The notes beneath the pieces are model-generated. The model ran no database searches. It saw only the letters and a program-made list of their open reading frames with translations, and had not been told where the DNA came from. 64,000 nucleotides of DNA from Microcoleus sp. (GTDB taxonomy: Bacteria > Cyanobacteriota > Cyanobacteriia > Cyanobacteriales > Microcoleaceae), in NCBI GenBank assembly GCA_052279835.1, contig CP181291.1:6080001-6144000 (forward strand). The letters are read 5' to 3'. Made by a program: the position numbers and the translations under genes. This document shows, piece by piece, positions 48,064-58,663 of the stretch. Within the stretch, counting starts at the first letter, position 1, and each line of letters starts with the position of its first letter.

Positions 48064-49059
48064 TCATCCCAACCAACAAGCTGCTGGAAAAATTATATAC
48101 TCTAGAAAAAATAACTTCCAGATCGATTGATAAAATTGAGCTACCTGCATTTTATCCTCCAAATCAACTTTGAGGCTCCAAAACCACATCAAACCCAAAG
48201 CCACCACATGAGTAAGCGCCAGAAATCCTAAATTAACATTTGGCAATATTAACACTCCTGCTAAAATTATGCCGACATAACAAACAGTCAATACCCAGCG
48301 AGACAAATCAAAGACGGCAGGCTTTCCCATTTTAATCGTAAACGTTGTAATATTGTATTGCCGATCGCCCTCCATGTCAGGAATATCTTTAAAAATGGCG
48401 ATCGCAAAGGTAAACACCACTACAAATACCGTCAGTACCCAAACTTTCCCAGGAATCGCCACAGACAAACTCTCCAAATCCCAGCCCGAAACAACACTTT
48501 TCGCCCTTCCCACACTCAACACCCAATTAAAGTGCAAAAATAACCCTAAATTTACAATCGCGCCCCGCACCGTAAAAATGCACAGCGCCGCCCAAAAAGG
48601 AAACCGCTTCAGCCGAATTGGCGGCAGAGAATAAGCAGTCCCGATCACCAAACTGACACCAACAGTCGCCAGCAAAAACGGTCCTTGCAAAATCGCCGTT
48701 AAAATTGCGATCGCACCAGTCAAAGCAACTATTAATTCTCCGGTTTTCTGAGAAAACTCTCCCGATGCTAGGGGCAAATAAGGCTTATTAATTTTATCTA
48801 TTTCAACATCTTCTAACTGATTCAATCCCACAATATAAATATTACCACAAATACAAGCTAACCAGGCAAACGCCAGCGGTAAAACTACAGGATTCGCCAA
48901 CAGTAGATCGCTTTGGGCGATCGCATACAAAGCCAACACGCTCAAGCTAGTACCGATAATTGTGTGCGGCCGAGAAAACTCCCAAAACGCCCTCAGCCAG
49001 CCTTGGGGAACCAAACCATTGCGATCGCTCTCAGACTTACCCGCAGAATCATTACTCAT
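48064..49059 (-). CDS. hpt: Homogentisate phytyltransferase (UbiA family, tocopherol synthesis)
   Basis: FSRPHTIIGT, VGLNQLEDVEIDKINKPYLPLASG, KDIPDMEGD and FYQSIWKLFFLEY motifs. An alternative start lies at 49077. Confidence 0.9.
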   Translation of the reverse strand: MSNDSAGKSESDRNGLVPQGWLRAFWEFSRPHTIIGTSLSVLALYAIAQSDLLLANPVVLPLAFAWLACICGNIYIVGLNQLEDVEIDKINKPYLPLASGEFSQKTGELIVALTGAIAILTAILQGPFLLATVGVSLVIGTAYSLPPIRLKRFPFWAALCIFTVRGAIVNLGLFLHFNWVLSVGRAKSVVSGWDLESLSVAIPGKVWVLTVFVVVFTFAIAIFKDIPDMEGDRQYNITTFTIKMGKPAVFDLSRWVLTVCYVGIILAGVLILPNVNLGFLALTHVVALGLMWFWSLKVDLEDKMQVAQFYQSIWKLFFLEYIIFPAACWLG

Positions 49060-49185
49060 AAACCTAAATTGCCCCAAAAATTAATTAACAAATTGTCTCA
49101 CAAAATAAGAACAGATCTTAAAGTTAAATTTCTTAATCACCAGGTGAGGGAAACAGACTGTTGTCTCCCCACCGCCCTTTTTCTG

Positions 49186-49770
49186 TTAAACCCTACCCCA
49201 CAAAGCCAAGCCACCACCTCTTCCCCTAGCCGCAATTATCCCATCTTCCACTAGAAAATAAGCAAAAAAAGCCTGTTTCCCCACACTCAAACTCAAAAAT
49301 TCCGCCTCCCGCGCTTCCCCACCGCGAATATATCCTTGATATACAGTTTTCCCCAACAACTTCACCATAATTCTGGTAAAATCAAAAGCTAAAATATTAT
49401 TAGGTAAAAACTTAGTAGGCCCGGAAAGAGTCAGTTCCATAGTACCAATTTTCACAGAATTTTCGACTCTGCCAATTTCACTATTGTCTTCTCCTTCGGC
49501 CACAGGTGCTGCGGAGTAAGCTATTTGAATTTTCGCAATCCACTGAGGAATGTATTTTCCCGCACCTAACACAATTCCCGCTTTTTGTCTAGTCTTTTTT
49601 GTACCAGTGATAAAGCACAGTTGCCAGTTGCCGATTAGCTGCTGAAAACTATAGCGAGGTTTGGTTTTTTTGGAGTTTTTCTCGGCAGCTAGCAGGGCTG
49701 TGACTACTGCGTTGGAAGATGGTTTAGAATTAGATTTGGCGGCTTGTTCTAGAATTGATATATGTTCCAT
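49186..49770 (-). CDS. Conserved hypothetical protein, possibly fibrillin/lipocalin-like
   Basis: LIGNWQLCF and ARGRGGGLALW motifs. Confidence 0.7.
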   Translation of the reverse strand: MEHISILEQAAKSNSKPSSNAVVTALLAAEKNSKKTKPRYSFQQLIGNWQLCFITGTKKTRQKAGIVLGAGKYIPQWIAKIQIAYSAAPVAEGEDNSEIGRVENSVKIGTMELTLSGPTKFLPNNILAFDFTRIMVKLLGKTVYQGYIRGGEAREAEFLSLSVGKQAFFAYFLVEDGIIAARGRGGGLALWGRV

Positions 49771-49920
49771 TTAACCAACAATATAGTAGCAGGAAGTTTG
49801 GGAGTGATGAGTTTAGTCCTCAACAGCGAAATTAGACGCTAATCAGGACTAAAGTCCTGACTACAAATTTAACTACAGATGTATTTTACCCGCTCATCTA
49901 CTTAATTAGTGGAGAAAAAC

Positions 49921-51480
49921 ATGGTTACGATCGCCCCAAACAACACAGAAATCATCATCATCGGCAGTGGAATCGGCGGGTTATGTTGCGGTGCAATGCT
50001 TGCCCGCTATGGATTTGAGGTTATAGTTTGCGAAAGTCATTCCCTCGCCGGCGGGGCTGCACACGGCTTTGAAAAGGGCGGATTTAACTTCGACTCCGGG
50101 CCCTCCCTCTACTCAGGACTATCTTACAGCCCCTCGGCAAATCCGCTGCGACAAGTTTTGGATGCGATCGGTGAACAACTCCCCTGCATCACCTACGATA
50201 CTTGGGGCTGCTGTTTGCCCGAAGGCGATTTCGACACTTCCGTCGGCGCGAGTCAATTTGGGGAAGTGCTTGCCAGACTGCGAGGCACCGCCGCCGTCGC
50301 CGAATGGCAACAACTCCAGCGCGTCATGGAGCCCTACGCCCAAGCAGCCACCGCCTTGCCCCCCCTGGCTTTGCGCTTCGATTTAGGGGCTGTTTTCACC
50401 CTAGGCCAATTTGCCCCAGCTTTCCTGCAAAGCGCCGGCAATGCCCTGAAACTGGCTGGCCCTTTCAGCCAAATTATGGACGAAAATGTCAAAGATCCCT
50501 TTGTGCGCAATTGGCTGAACCTGTTGTGTTTCCTGCTGTCTGGACTTCCGGCAGACGGGACTATCTCCGCCGAAGTCGCCTTCATGTTTGCCGACTGGTA
50601 TCGCCCCAATGCCGTTTTAGACTATCCCATCGGCGGTAGTGCAGGTTTGGTAAATGCCCTGGTACGGGGTTTAGAGCGCCACGGAGGCCAGTTGCTGCTG
50701 AATTCCCACGTCGCAGAGGTTTTGGTGGAAAACAACCGGGCTGTGGGCGTGCGGCTGCGATCGGGCAAAGTTATTCGATCGCACAAAGCCGTCATCTCCA
50801 ACGCTTCGGTGTGGGATACCCTGAAACTGCTGCCTGAAACTTCCGTACCCAAAAGCTTTCGGCAACAGCGACAGGCAACTCCCGAATGCGACAGTTTCAT
50901 GCACCTGCATTTGGGAATTGACGCCACGGGAGTGCGATCGGACTTAGCCTGTCACTACATCTTTGTCAAAGACTGGGAACAGGGCATTAGCGCACCTCAG
51001 AACGTCGTTCTCATCTCGATTCCCTCCCTCCTCGACCCCGGACTTGCCCCAGCCGGAAAGCACGTCATTCACGCTTACACGCCCGGAAATGAGCCCTACG
51101 ATTTGTGGCAAAATCTCGATCGCACCAGCGTCGCATACCAACAGCAAAAACAAGCACGGGCAGAGGTAATGTGGGAAGCCTTAGAGAGGATTATTCCCGA
51201 TATTCGATCGCGCGCAGAAGTCACCCTCATCGGCACACCCCTCACCCACCAACGGTTTTTGCGCCGCCATCGCGGTTCCTACGGGCCTGGAATTCCCGCG
51301 GGTAGGGGCTTGTTTCCGGGGCCGGGAACACCTTTAGCAGGGCTGTATTGCTGCGGAGATTCCACCTTTCCGGGGATTGGTTTGCCCGCTGTCGCCGCTA
51401 GCGGGGCGATCGCAGCTAATTCCATCGCCCCGTTGCACAAACATTTGGAAATGCTGCGCAGTATTAGAAATTTCCAATAA
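49921..51480 (+). CDS. FAD-dependent phytoene desaturase / carotenoid isomerase family oxidoreductase
   Basis: IGSGIGGL, FDSGPSL and GDSTFPGIGLPAVAASG motifs. An alternative GTG start lies at 49909. Confidence 0.88.
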   Translation: MVTIAPNNTEIIIIGSGIGGLCCGAMLARYGFEVIVCESHSLAGGAAHGFEKGGFNFDSGPSLYSGLSYSPSANPLRQVLDAIGEQLPCITYDTWGCCLPEGDFDTSVGASQFGEVLARLRGTAAVAEWQQLQRVMEPYAQAATALPPLALRFDLGAVFTLGQFAPAFLQSAGNALKLAGPFSQIMDENVKDPFVRNWLNLLCFLLSGLPADGTISAEVAFMFADWYRPNAVLDYPIGGSAGLVNALVRGLERHGGQLLLNSHVAEVLVENNRAVGVRLRSGKVIRSHKAVISNASVWDTLKLLPETSVPKSFRQQRQATPECDSFMHLHLGIDATGVRSDLACHYIFVKDWEQGISAPQNVVLISIPSLLDPGLAPAGKHVIHAYTPGNEPYDLWQNLDRTSVAYQQQKQARAEVMWEALERIIPDIRSRAEVTLIGTPLTHQRFLRRHRGSYGPGIPAGRGLFPGPGTPLAGLYCCGDSTFPGIGLPAVAASGAIAANSIAPLHKHLEMLRSIRNFQ

Positions 51481-51514
51481 TTATTTGTAGTTTCTGGTTT
51501 GTGATTGGTCAATT

Positions 51515-52366
51515 TTAATTAACTTTACGCTCAGTAACCAAAGTCAAACTTACCCATTCACCTTTCTCATTATAACTGCGAATCATCCGCAACCTCAAGT
51601 CAGGTTCCACCAACCAACCAGCCTCAAAAAATACTGGTTTTCTGAGTTCAACTTGCACAGGTAAGGTGCAAGAACCACCGTCAGGAAGCAGCACAACTTG
51701 CATCGGCGTAGTACCTTCCTTAAAATTAATCACCGAACCTTCTATGATACCTGTCGAAGCGATCGTCTTAGCCTCAGCATTCGTCCCAAAACTAATTTTC
51801 TGCACCAGGCGATCGCCACTTTCCAAATCCAATTGCAGTTTTGTAGCATAGCAATCAGGCCCGCGCCAATCTGGATACATCGTCACCGCTTCCCCATGCC
51901 ATTCTCCCAGTAAAGCGTCAATAGTCAAAGGCGGACGTTCAGGCACATTTTTATCCGGCTGATGTTCCCGAATTAAAGTCAAAGTTGATAAATTTCCCTT
52001 AGTATCGTACAACTGAACTAACCGCAATCGATGATAATTATAGATAAAACCAAACTCAGCACCGCATTCCGAAAAAGGCGCTATTTGAATACTCCCCTGA
52101 CAAAAAGCTCCATTCTCAAAAAATAGGATATCCCGTCCCAAGTTTTGATATTCTCGAACAATTTCCCGGACTTCTGGTTCGCCAACACCACTAGGATTTG
52201 GGTAAAAACGACGCAGTTTTAATCGGACACTTTTGCGATCGTTAAGACTTTCGAGAGTAATAATACTAGGAGTATCTTGAACAACCTCTCCCCGTGGCGA
52301 TAACTCAGTAAAAGAACCGTGCCATTCTCCCAAATTTTGCAGAAAGTTTTCCCATTGTGATACCAT
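51515..52366 (-). CDS. DUF3598 family protein
   Basis: QWENFLQNLGEWHGSFT, FFENGAF.QG, two beta-barrel-like halves, ending LTLVTE. Confidence 0.8.
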   Translation of the reverse strand: MVSQWENFLQNLGEWHGSFTELSPRGEVVQDTPSIITLESLNDRKSVRLKLRRFYPNPSGVGEPEVREIVREYQNLGRDILFFENGAFCQGSIQIAPFSECGAEFGFIYNYHRLRLVQLYDTKGNLSTLTLIREHQPDKNVPERPPLTIDALLGEWHGEAVTMYPDWRGPDCYATKLQLDLESGDRLVQKISFGTNAEAKTIASTGIIEGSVINFKEGTTPMQVVLLPDGGSCTLPVQVELRKPVFFEAGWLVEPDLRLRMIRSYNEKGEWVSLTLVTERKVN

Positions 52367-52435
52367 ATTTTTACCTCTCACTTTCTCCCAATCTTATCAG
52401 AAAATATATTTTTTTAAGTAACTTAAACTATAGAT

Positions 52436-52580
52436 TTTCCCCCTTCTTCCTTCTTATTTCCCCCTTCTTCCTTCTTATTTCCCCCCTTGGGGGGGGTAGG
52501 GGGGGGTTCTTCTTCCTTCTTCCTTCTTCCATCTTCCATCTTCCATCTTCCTTCTTCCATCTTCCATCTTCCTTCTTCCT
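52436..52580. repeat. Heptamer array (CTTCCAT/CTTCCTT) with a central G/C hairpin
   Basis: Visible directly, between divergent genes. Confidence 0.85.
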
Positions 52581-52581
52581 T

Positions 52582-53391
52582 ATGTCGAAAAATAGAACTA
52601 TAACTCTGCTAACAGATTTTGGATTAAGCGATGTTTATGTGGGAGTAATGAAAGGTGCGATCGCCCAAATCAACCCCCAACTCAAAATCATCGACATTAC
52701 CCACAACATTGGGCCTCAAAATATAGCCGCGGCTAGGTTTTGTCTGATGACTGCTTATGCTTATTTTCCCACAGAAACCGTACACATTGCCGTCGTCGAT
52801 CCTGGTGTGGGGAGTAGCAGAAGGGCGATCGCGATTCAATGTGCGAATTGCTTCCTTGTCGGGCCCGATAACGGGTTGTTTAGCGGAGTATTGAGTCAGG
52901 AAAAGGCGATCGCCTGCGTCCAACTCACCAACCCCCAATACTGGCGCACACCTCAACCCAGCAGCACTTTCCACGGTCGCGATATTTTCGCTGCTGTGGG
53001 CGCTCATGTGGCCACTGGGGTGCCGTTGGAAGAGTTGGGAGAGGCGATCGACCCCGCCAGTTTAGTACAGTTACAGATACCAAATTGTGCCATTACAGCC
53101 ACTGGTATAGAAGGCTGTATCCAATATTGCGATCGCTTTGGCAACCTAATTACTAATATCCCAAAACATAGCATTCAAACCGAAAATTGGTCAATCACAA
53201 TTAGCAATTTTAACAATACCATGTTCATACCCAGCGGCCAAAGCTACAGCGACAGCCAGCCGGGAGATTTGATTGCCATAATAGGTTCCGAAGGCTGGGT
53301 AGAAATCTCCGTTAACGGCGACAGCGCTCAATCTCTACTAAAATTGGACTCTGGGGCGATCGTCCAATTACTTTTTGACTTCAACAATTAA
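52582..53391 (+). CDS. SAM hydroxide adenosyltransferase / SAM-dependent halogenase family (DUF62)
   Basis: ITLLTDFG, VVDPGVG, GPDNGL, STFHGRDIFA and DRFGNLITN motifs; ATG at 52582. Confidence 0.92.
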   Translation: MSKNRTITLLTDFGLSDVYVGVMKGAIAQINPQLKIIDITHNIGPQNIAAARFCLMTAYAYFPTETVHIAVVDPGVGSSRRAIAIQCANCFLVGPDNGLFSGVLSQEKAIACVQLTNPQYWRTPQPSSTFHGRDIFAAVGAHVATGVPLEELGEAIDPASLVQLQIPNCAITATGIEGCIQYCDRFGNLITNIPKHSIQTENWSITISNFNNTMFIPSGQSYSDSQPGDLIAIIGSEGWVEISVNGDSAQSLLKLDSGAIVQLLFDFNN

Positions 53392-53392
53392 A

Positions 53393-53500
53393 TAGGACTT
53401 ACGCATCGGGCCCAAAAACCGGGTTTTTACGAAAATACTTTGTTGTTACCAGCAGATTCGATAAAAAACCCGGTTTCTCAGGTGGAGTGAGTAACTCATA
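53393..53500. mobile_element. MITE-like element: TAGGACTTACGCA end, internal AAACCGGGTTT/AAACCCGGTTT palindromes and a degenerate right end
   Basis: TAGGACTTACGCA at about 53393-53405 and TGAGTAACTCATA at about 53488-53500. Related palindromes lie at 9536-9567, 12503-12513 and about 30952-30961. Confidence 0.55.
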
Positions 53501-54431
53501 AGTTTTTCCGATGACTTACTTTCTCGGCAAAATCCACAATAGTTTGGCGATATTCATCATTATTAAAAAAAGCATCTCCATTATTATGCTTAGCATTAGA
53601 AACAAGCAACAATTGCTTCGGTTCAGGAGAAGCAGCATATAACTTTTTGCTCATTATAGCAGGAATAAAAGGGTCAGCAGTCCCGTGCACAAACAAAACT
53701 GGCATTCCCAGCGATTTAACCTTAGCAATAGAATTAAATTTTTGCGTCAGCAGCAACCGCACCGGAAAAATCCGCGTAAAAGCATTATTTTCTACCATAT
53801 CTGCCATTCTAGTAAACGAACTTTGAACAATTAATCCAACAGCTTCAGGATGCTTGATTGCCAACTCAATAGCAACAGCACCGCCCATAGAATGACCATA
53901 CAATAAAATTTGACTGGGCGACAACTGCCGCTGCTTAACTAAATAATTGTATGCAGTTTCAGCATCCTCATATACTTGCGATTCGTTCGGGAAACCGCCT
54001 TCACTGCGGCCGTAACCCCGATAATCTATTAACAATACAGAAAAACCCAATTGCCGAAAGCGATAAGATTGAGTAATATTAGCGCCAATATTAAATCCTC
54101 GACCGTGCAAGTACAATAAAACCTTCTTGAAATCCCCTTTCTTGAACTCCCCCCTTACCAAGGGGGGCTGAGGTGGAGAATTTCCGGGAATCCACCAACC
54201 GTGAAGTTTCTCCATTTTGCCATATCTAGTTTTAACTGGCAACCAAACTTCCTCGTAGGGAATGTTAAAAGCATCCGGTATTTTTTGGAGAATATCTGTT
54301 GGTTGAAAGATGAAACGAGTTTGCAGAAAAAATAAGAGTATACAAGAAGCGAGGTAGGCGAAAGCCAAAATTTTTCCTATAATAAATACCCACTTAAACC
54401 TGTTATGCCTTTTAGTTTTCATCCATCTCAT
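53496..54431 (-). CDS. Membrane-anchored alpha/beta hydrolase (ABHD/BEM46-like)
   Basis: LYLHG, DYRGYGRSEG, GHSMGG and HGTAD motifs; N-terminal transmembrane segment. Confidence 0.9.
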   Translation of the reverse strand: MRWMKTKRHNRFKWVFIIGKILAFAYLASCILLFFLQTRFIFQPTDILQKIPDAFNIPYEEVWLPVKTRYGKMEKLHGWWIPGNSPPQPPLVRGEFKKGDFKKVLLYLHGRGFNIGANITQSYRFRQLGFSVLLIDYRGYGRSEGGFPNESQVYEDAETAYNYLVKQRQLSPSQILLYGHSMGGAVAIELAIKHPEAVGLIVQSSFTRMADMVENNAFTRIFPVRLLLTQKFNSIAKVKSLGMPVLFVHGTADPFIPAIMSKKLYAASPEPKQLLLVSNAKHNNGDAFFNNDEYRQTIVDFAEKVSHRKNL

Positions 54432-54523
54432 TTTTCAAATTAGGTTCGTAGTAATGACTAAAGTCATTCCCAAGTATTTTTTGAGGACTTTAGTCCTTAC
54501 TACAAACTTGTTTATTCCGCAAC

Positions 54524-57097
54524 TCAAGCAACCACAAAATTAACCAACTTTCCAGGCACCACAATCACCTTTTTAATCTCCTTACCCTCCAGATGCCGCT
54601 TAGCCAACTCTGACTCGCGAGCAAACTTTTCCAAAGCAGCTTTGTCCGCACCAGAAGGCACTTGAATTGTACCGCGAGTCTTGCCCATAACCTGAATTAC
54701 CAGCGTAATTTCATCAGTAACCAATGCGGAAGCATCCACCATCGGCCAAGTTTGCGTGTGTACCGATTCACTGTTACCAATCAAGTGCCACAATTCATCA
54801 GCTATATGCGGTGCAAAAGGCGCTAACAATCGAATCAAAGTATTGATTCCTTCTGCATAAATCGGCGAATCTTTACATTTAGCATCAGTCAAAGCATTGC
54901 TCAATTTCATCATTTCCGAAACCGCAGTATTGAACTGATACTCACCCTCCAAATCATCGCTGATTTCCTTAATCGCAATGTGAATCGCCCGCCGCAAATC
55001 CTGCTCAGCTTTACTTAAAGTGTCCTTCTCCCCCCCTTGTAGGGGCGGTGCCCCCGTGCCCGCCCTGACAGAGGGGGGTGCAGCAAACTCGGTCACCAAC
55101 CGCCAAACGCGATTTAAAAAGCGGAATTGTCCTTCTACATCGGCGTCATCCCACTCCAAATCTTTCTCCGGCGGCGCTTTGAATAAAATAAACATCCGCG
55201 CCGTATCAACCCCGTATTTTGCCATCACATCCAAGGGGTCAACACCGTTGTATTTTGATTTGGACATCTTCTCATAGAAGACTTGCAAAGGTTCCCCCGT
55301 CTGAGGATCTTTTGGATTTGCCACATCAACTTCGCCTGCTGGAACATATTTGCCAGTAACGGGATTTTTATAGGCCATTGCTTGCACCATGCCTTGAGTT
55401 AATAGGCGCTTAAATGGTTCGTCGCAATTAATCAAACCCCGATCGCGCAAAACCTTAGTAAAGAAGCGAGAATACAGTAAATGCAGGATTGCGTGTTCGA
55501 TGCCACCCACATATTGATCCACCGGCATCCAATCATTAGTTTTCGCCGTATCAAATACTTGCTCCTCATTTCTGGCATCGGGATAGCGCAAGAAATACCA
55601 AGAAGAATCAATAAAAGTATCCATCGTATCGGTTTCTCGCTTCGCCGGAGTGCCGCAACTCGGACAAGGAACATTCACCCACTCTTCCAGCTTTGCTAAG
55701 GGCGAACCTTTGCCCGTAAATTCTACATTTTCCGGCAAAACTACTGGCAAATCCGATGCTGGTACAGGTACGATTCCGCAGTTGGGACAGTGAATTACAG
55801 GAATGGGAGCACCCCAATAACGCTGTCTAGAAATCAACCAATCTCGCAAACGATATTGGACTCGTGCTTTGCCATAACCTTGGTTTTCAGCATATTGAAT
55901 AATCGCTGCTTTGCCTTTAATTGAATCCATACCGTTGAAGCTTTCAGAATTAATCATAATTCCCGGTTCGGTGTAAGCTTCAGTTAAAGGCACTTCATCA
56001 TCTGCCACAATTACTACTTTAATTGGCAGTTCATATTGATTGGCAAATTGGAAATCTCGCGAGTCGTGGGCGGGTACTCCCATCACTGCGCCGGTGCCGT
56101 ATTCGTACAGCACGTAATCGGCAATCCAAATCGGGATTTCTTCACCGTTAAAAGGATTGATGGCTTTGCCGCCTGTGGGAATGCCGCGCTTCGGTTTGTC
56201 CTCTGCTGTGCGATCGATTTCGGTTTGCAGTGCCACTTCTTTCACAAAGTTTTCGACGGCCGTTTTGTGCTCCGGTGTAGTAACGCGATTAGTTAAGGGA
56301 TGTTCCGGGGACAATACAACATAACTCACACCATAAACTGTGTCGGGACGAGTGGTGAAAACAGCGATTTTTTCATCCATCCCCACAATGGGAAATTCTA
56401 AGTAAGCACCCACGGATTTGCCAATCCAGTTAGCTTGCATTAATTTGACTCTTTCTGGCCAATCTGGCAATTTGTCTAAGTCATTTAATAACTGTTCGGC
56501 ATAATCGGTAATTTTGAGGAACCATTGTCGCAATAATTTGCGCTCTACTTGGGCACCGGAACGCCAGGAACGACCTTCGTTATCGACTTGTTCGTTTGCT
56601 AAGACTGTTTGATCGATGGGGTCCCAATTAACTGTCGCTTCTTTTTGGTATGCTAGTCCTGCTGCTAAAAATTGCAAGAAAATCCATTGAGTCCAGCGAT
56701 AATAATCGGGTGAACAAGTTGTAACTTCTTTTGTCCAATCAAAGGAAATGCCCAGGCGATGAAATAAGTTTTTCATTTGGGCAATATTTTGATAAGTCCA
56801 TTGGGCGGGGGGAATTCCTCGCTCGATGGCGGCATTTTCTGCTGGTAAACCAAAAGCGTCCCATCCCATCGGATTCAATACCCGATAGCCTTGCATCCGC
56901 TTGAGTCTGGCAATTACATCAATAATTGTGTAGTTGCGGACGTGGCCCATGTGCAGGTTTCCTGATGGATAGGGGAACATGGATAAGGCATAAAATTTAG
57001 GCTTTTGAGTATCTTCTGGCATTTTGTCTAAGTTTTGCTCAGCCCATGTCTGTTGCCATTTTTCTTCTATGGATGCGGGGTTATATCTGGAATCCAC
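54524..57097 (-). CDS. leuS: Leucine--tRNA ligase
   Basis: [32 protein letters not shown] and KMSKS motifs. Confidence 0.98.
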   Translation of the reverse strand: MDSRYNPASIEEKWQQTWAEQNLDKMPEDTQKPKFYALSMFPYPSGNLHMGHVRNYTIIDVIARLKRMQGYRVLNPMGWDAFGLPAENAAIERGIPPAQWTYQNIAQMKNLFHRLGISFDWTKEVTTCSPDYYRWTQWIFLQFLAAGLAYQKEATVNWDPIDQTVLANEQVDNEGRSWRSGAQVERKLLRQWFLKITDYAEQLLNDLDKLPDWPERVKLMQANWIGKSVGAYLEFPIVGMDEKIAVFTTRPDTVYGVSYVVLSPEHPLTNRVTTPEHKTAVENFVKEVALQTEIDRTAEDKPKRGIPTGGKAINPFNGEEIPIWIADYVLYEYGTGAVMGVPAHDSRDFQFANQYELPIKVVIVADDEVPLTEAYTEPGIMINSESFNGMDSIKGKAAIIQYAENQGYGKARVQYRLRDWLISRQRYWGAPIPVIHCPNCGIVPVPASDLPVVLPENVEFTGKGSPLAKLEEWVNVPCPSCGTPAKRETDTMDTFIDSSWYFLRYPDARNEEQVFDTAKTNDWMPVDQYVGGIEHAILHLLYSRFFTKVLRDRGLINCDEPFKRLLTQGMVQAMAYKNPVTGKYVPAGEVDVANPKDPQTGEPLQVFYEKMSKSKYNGVDPLDVMAKYGVDTARMFILFKAPPEKDLEWDDADVEGQFRFLNRVWRLVTEFAAPPSVRAGTGAPPLQGGEKDTLSKAEQDLRRAIHIAIKEISDDLEGEYQFNTAVSEMMKLSNALTDAKCKDSPIYAEGINTLIRLLAPFAPHIADELWHLIGNSESVHTQTWPMVDASALVTDEITLVIQVMGKTRGTIQVPSGADKAALEKFARESELAKRHLEGKEIKKVIVVPGKLVNFVVA

Positions 57098-57240
57098 AAC
57101 AATTTCTCCTTTTAGGATTTAGTAGTGTTTGCTTGAATATTTTTGCACATTCAAGGGGCTTCGATTCGGATTTTTTTGAGTTCCAAGGATTTTGGCTCCT
57201 GTTCTTGTATTATACATTGTAGTATATAAAATTTTGGTTG

Positions 57241-57437
57241 GGGGCAATGGGGAATCGGGAATCGGGAATGGGGAATCGGGAATGGGGAATCGGGAATGGG
57301 GAATCGGGAATCGGGCATAAAGCATAGGGTATTACCCATTACTTATTAACTATTACCCATTACTTATTAGCTATTACCCATTACTTATTAGCTATTACCC
57401 ATTACTTATTACCCATTCCCCATTACCCATTACCTAT
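57241..57437. repeat. Heptamer arrays (GGGAATC/GGGAATG)n and (TTACCCA)n, with a 21-bp higher-order unit repeated about three times
   Basis: 57241-57315, and TTACCCATTACTTATTAGCTA-type units at about 57332-57410. Confidence 0.88.
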
Positions 57438-57498
57438 TCTCGATGGTAATTAATCTTTGACCACAAAGACAGTAGGCGCAAATATTCCCCACCCAGAG

Positions 57499-58236
57499 TT
57501 ACTGTTTTTGAGCATTACCAGCGTGCAAACCACACTCTTTTAATGTCGATTCTTCCCACCACCAGCGACCTTCCCGTTCGTGTTGATTTGGCAATACTGC
57601 TTTCGTACAAGGTTCGCAACCAATGCTGACAAAACCGCGTTCGTGGAGTTTATTATAGGGGACATCCAAAGCACGAATGTAATCCCAAACTTCTGCGGAA
57701 GACCAGTTTGCTAAGGGGTTGAATTTAATTAATTCATGGTCGGGAGTAGAAAATGCAGTATCCTGTTCAATTACTGGAATATGGTTGCGGGTACTGGGGC
57801 TTTGGTCTTTCCGTTGGCCAGTAATCCACGCATCTAAAGTATTTAGTTTCCGGCGCAGTGGCTTGACTTTTCGCACGCCACAACATTCTTTGTGCCCATC
57901 TTCATAAAAGCTAAACAATCCCTTTTCGTCTACTAAGGCTTGTACTTCCGCTGCATCGGGAAACATGACTTCTATTTTAATGCCGTAATGTTTTCTAACT
58001 TGTTCTAAAAACTGATAGGTTTCGGAGTGCAATCTTCCGGTGTCTAGGGTGAAAACGCGGAAGTTTTTGGTGAGTTTTGAAGCGAGATCGATCAGCACTA
58101 CATCTTCGGCACCACTGAAAGAAATTGCAATATTGTCAAAATTTTCTAGGGCAAATTTAAGAATATCTCGCGGTGTTTTTGTGCTGTACTCTGCTTCGAG
58201 GGCTGGAATGTTTAGATTGGTTCCAATGGCTACCAT
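57499..58236 (-). CDS. cysH: Adenylyl-sulfate (APS)/PAPS reductase with Fe-S cysteine motif
   Basis: [32 protein letters not shown] and ECGLH motifs. Confidence 0.92.
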   Translation of the reverse strand: MVAIGTNLNIPALEAEYSTKTPRDILKFALENFDNIAISFSGAEDVVLIDLASKLTKNFRVFTLDTGRLHSETYQFLEQVRKHYGIKIEVMFPDAAEVQALVDEKGLFSFYEDGHKECCGVRKVKPLRRKLNTLDAWITGQRKDQSPSTRNHIPVIEQDTAFSTPDHELIKFNPLANWSSAEVWDYIRALDVPYNKLHERGFVSIGCEPCTKAVLPNQHEREGRWWWEESTLKECGLHAGNAQKQ

Positions 58237-58441
58237 AGTTTTGTGTTCTCCGTGTTATTTTTTGTCTAACCCTGAATTGTAACCGATCGCAGTCTCTCTC
58301 ATACCGATCGATTTGACAATCCAGCATCCACGGTACATACCGCCGGATTCATCCCTGGAGAAATACAAAACCTGCTATCGGATTTATTTGGGAACAGATT
58401 TATTCCTTCGCCGACAGACTGACGGGGTTGCTTTGTTCAAG

Positions 58442-58510
58442 AGACTTCTCCTCAAAACCTGCCAAAGAACAGGTAAGATGCCTGTTGCACCATCATTTTG
58501 GGAGATGTCT
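58442..58510. mobile_element. Uninterrupted copy (about 69 bp) of the AGACATCTCC-TIR MITE
   Basis: AGACTTCTCC…AAGAACAGGTAAGATGCCTGTTGCAC…GGAGATGTCT. Confidence 0.65.
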
Positions 58511-58663
58511 AATAGTCTCCTCTAACATCTAAAATCGGTATGTGAGTTATATTTGTATTTGGATTGGGGTGAATTTATCCCTCAAGGCTAAAGTCAAAGA
58601 GGCGATCGCAGCGCCACCCATAAAACTTATCTACGGTCAAAAATAGCAAAGAAGTTTAAAACC

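Noticed and set aside
47739..48130. ORFs such as MKKEEGRGKREEG… and LPSSLFP…
   Set aside because: Translations of heptamer repeats. The same applies to 57119-57339 and to the 52357-52581 extension of the DUF62 ORF.
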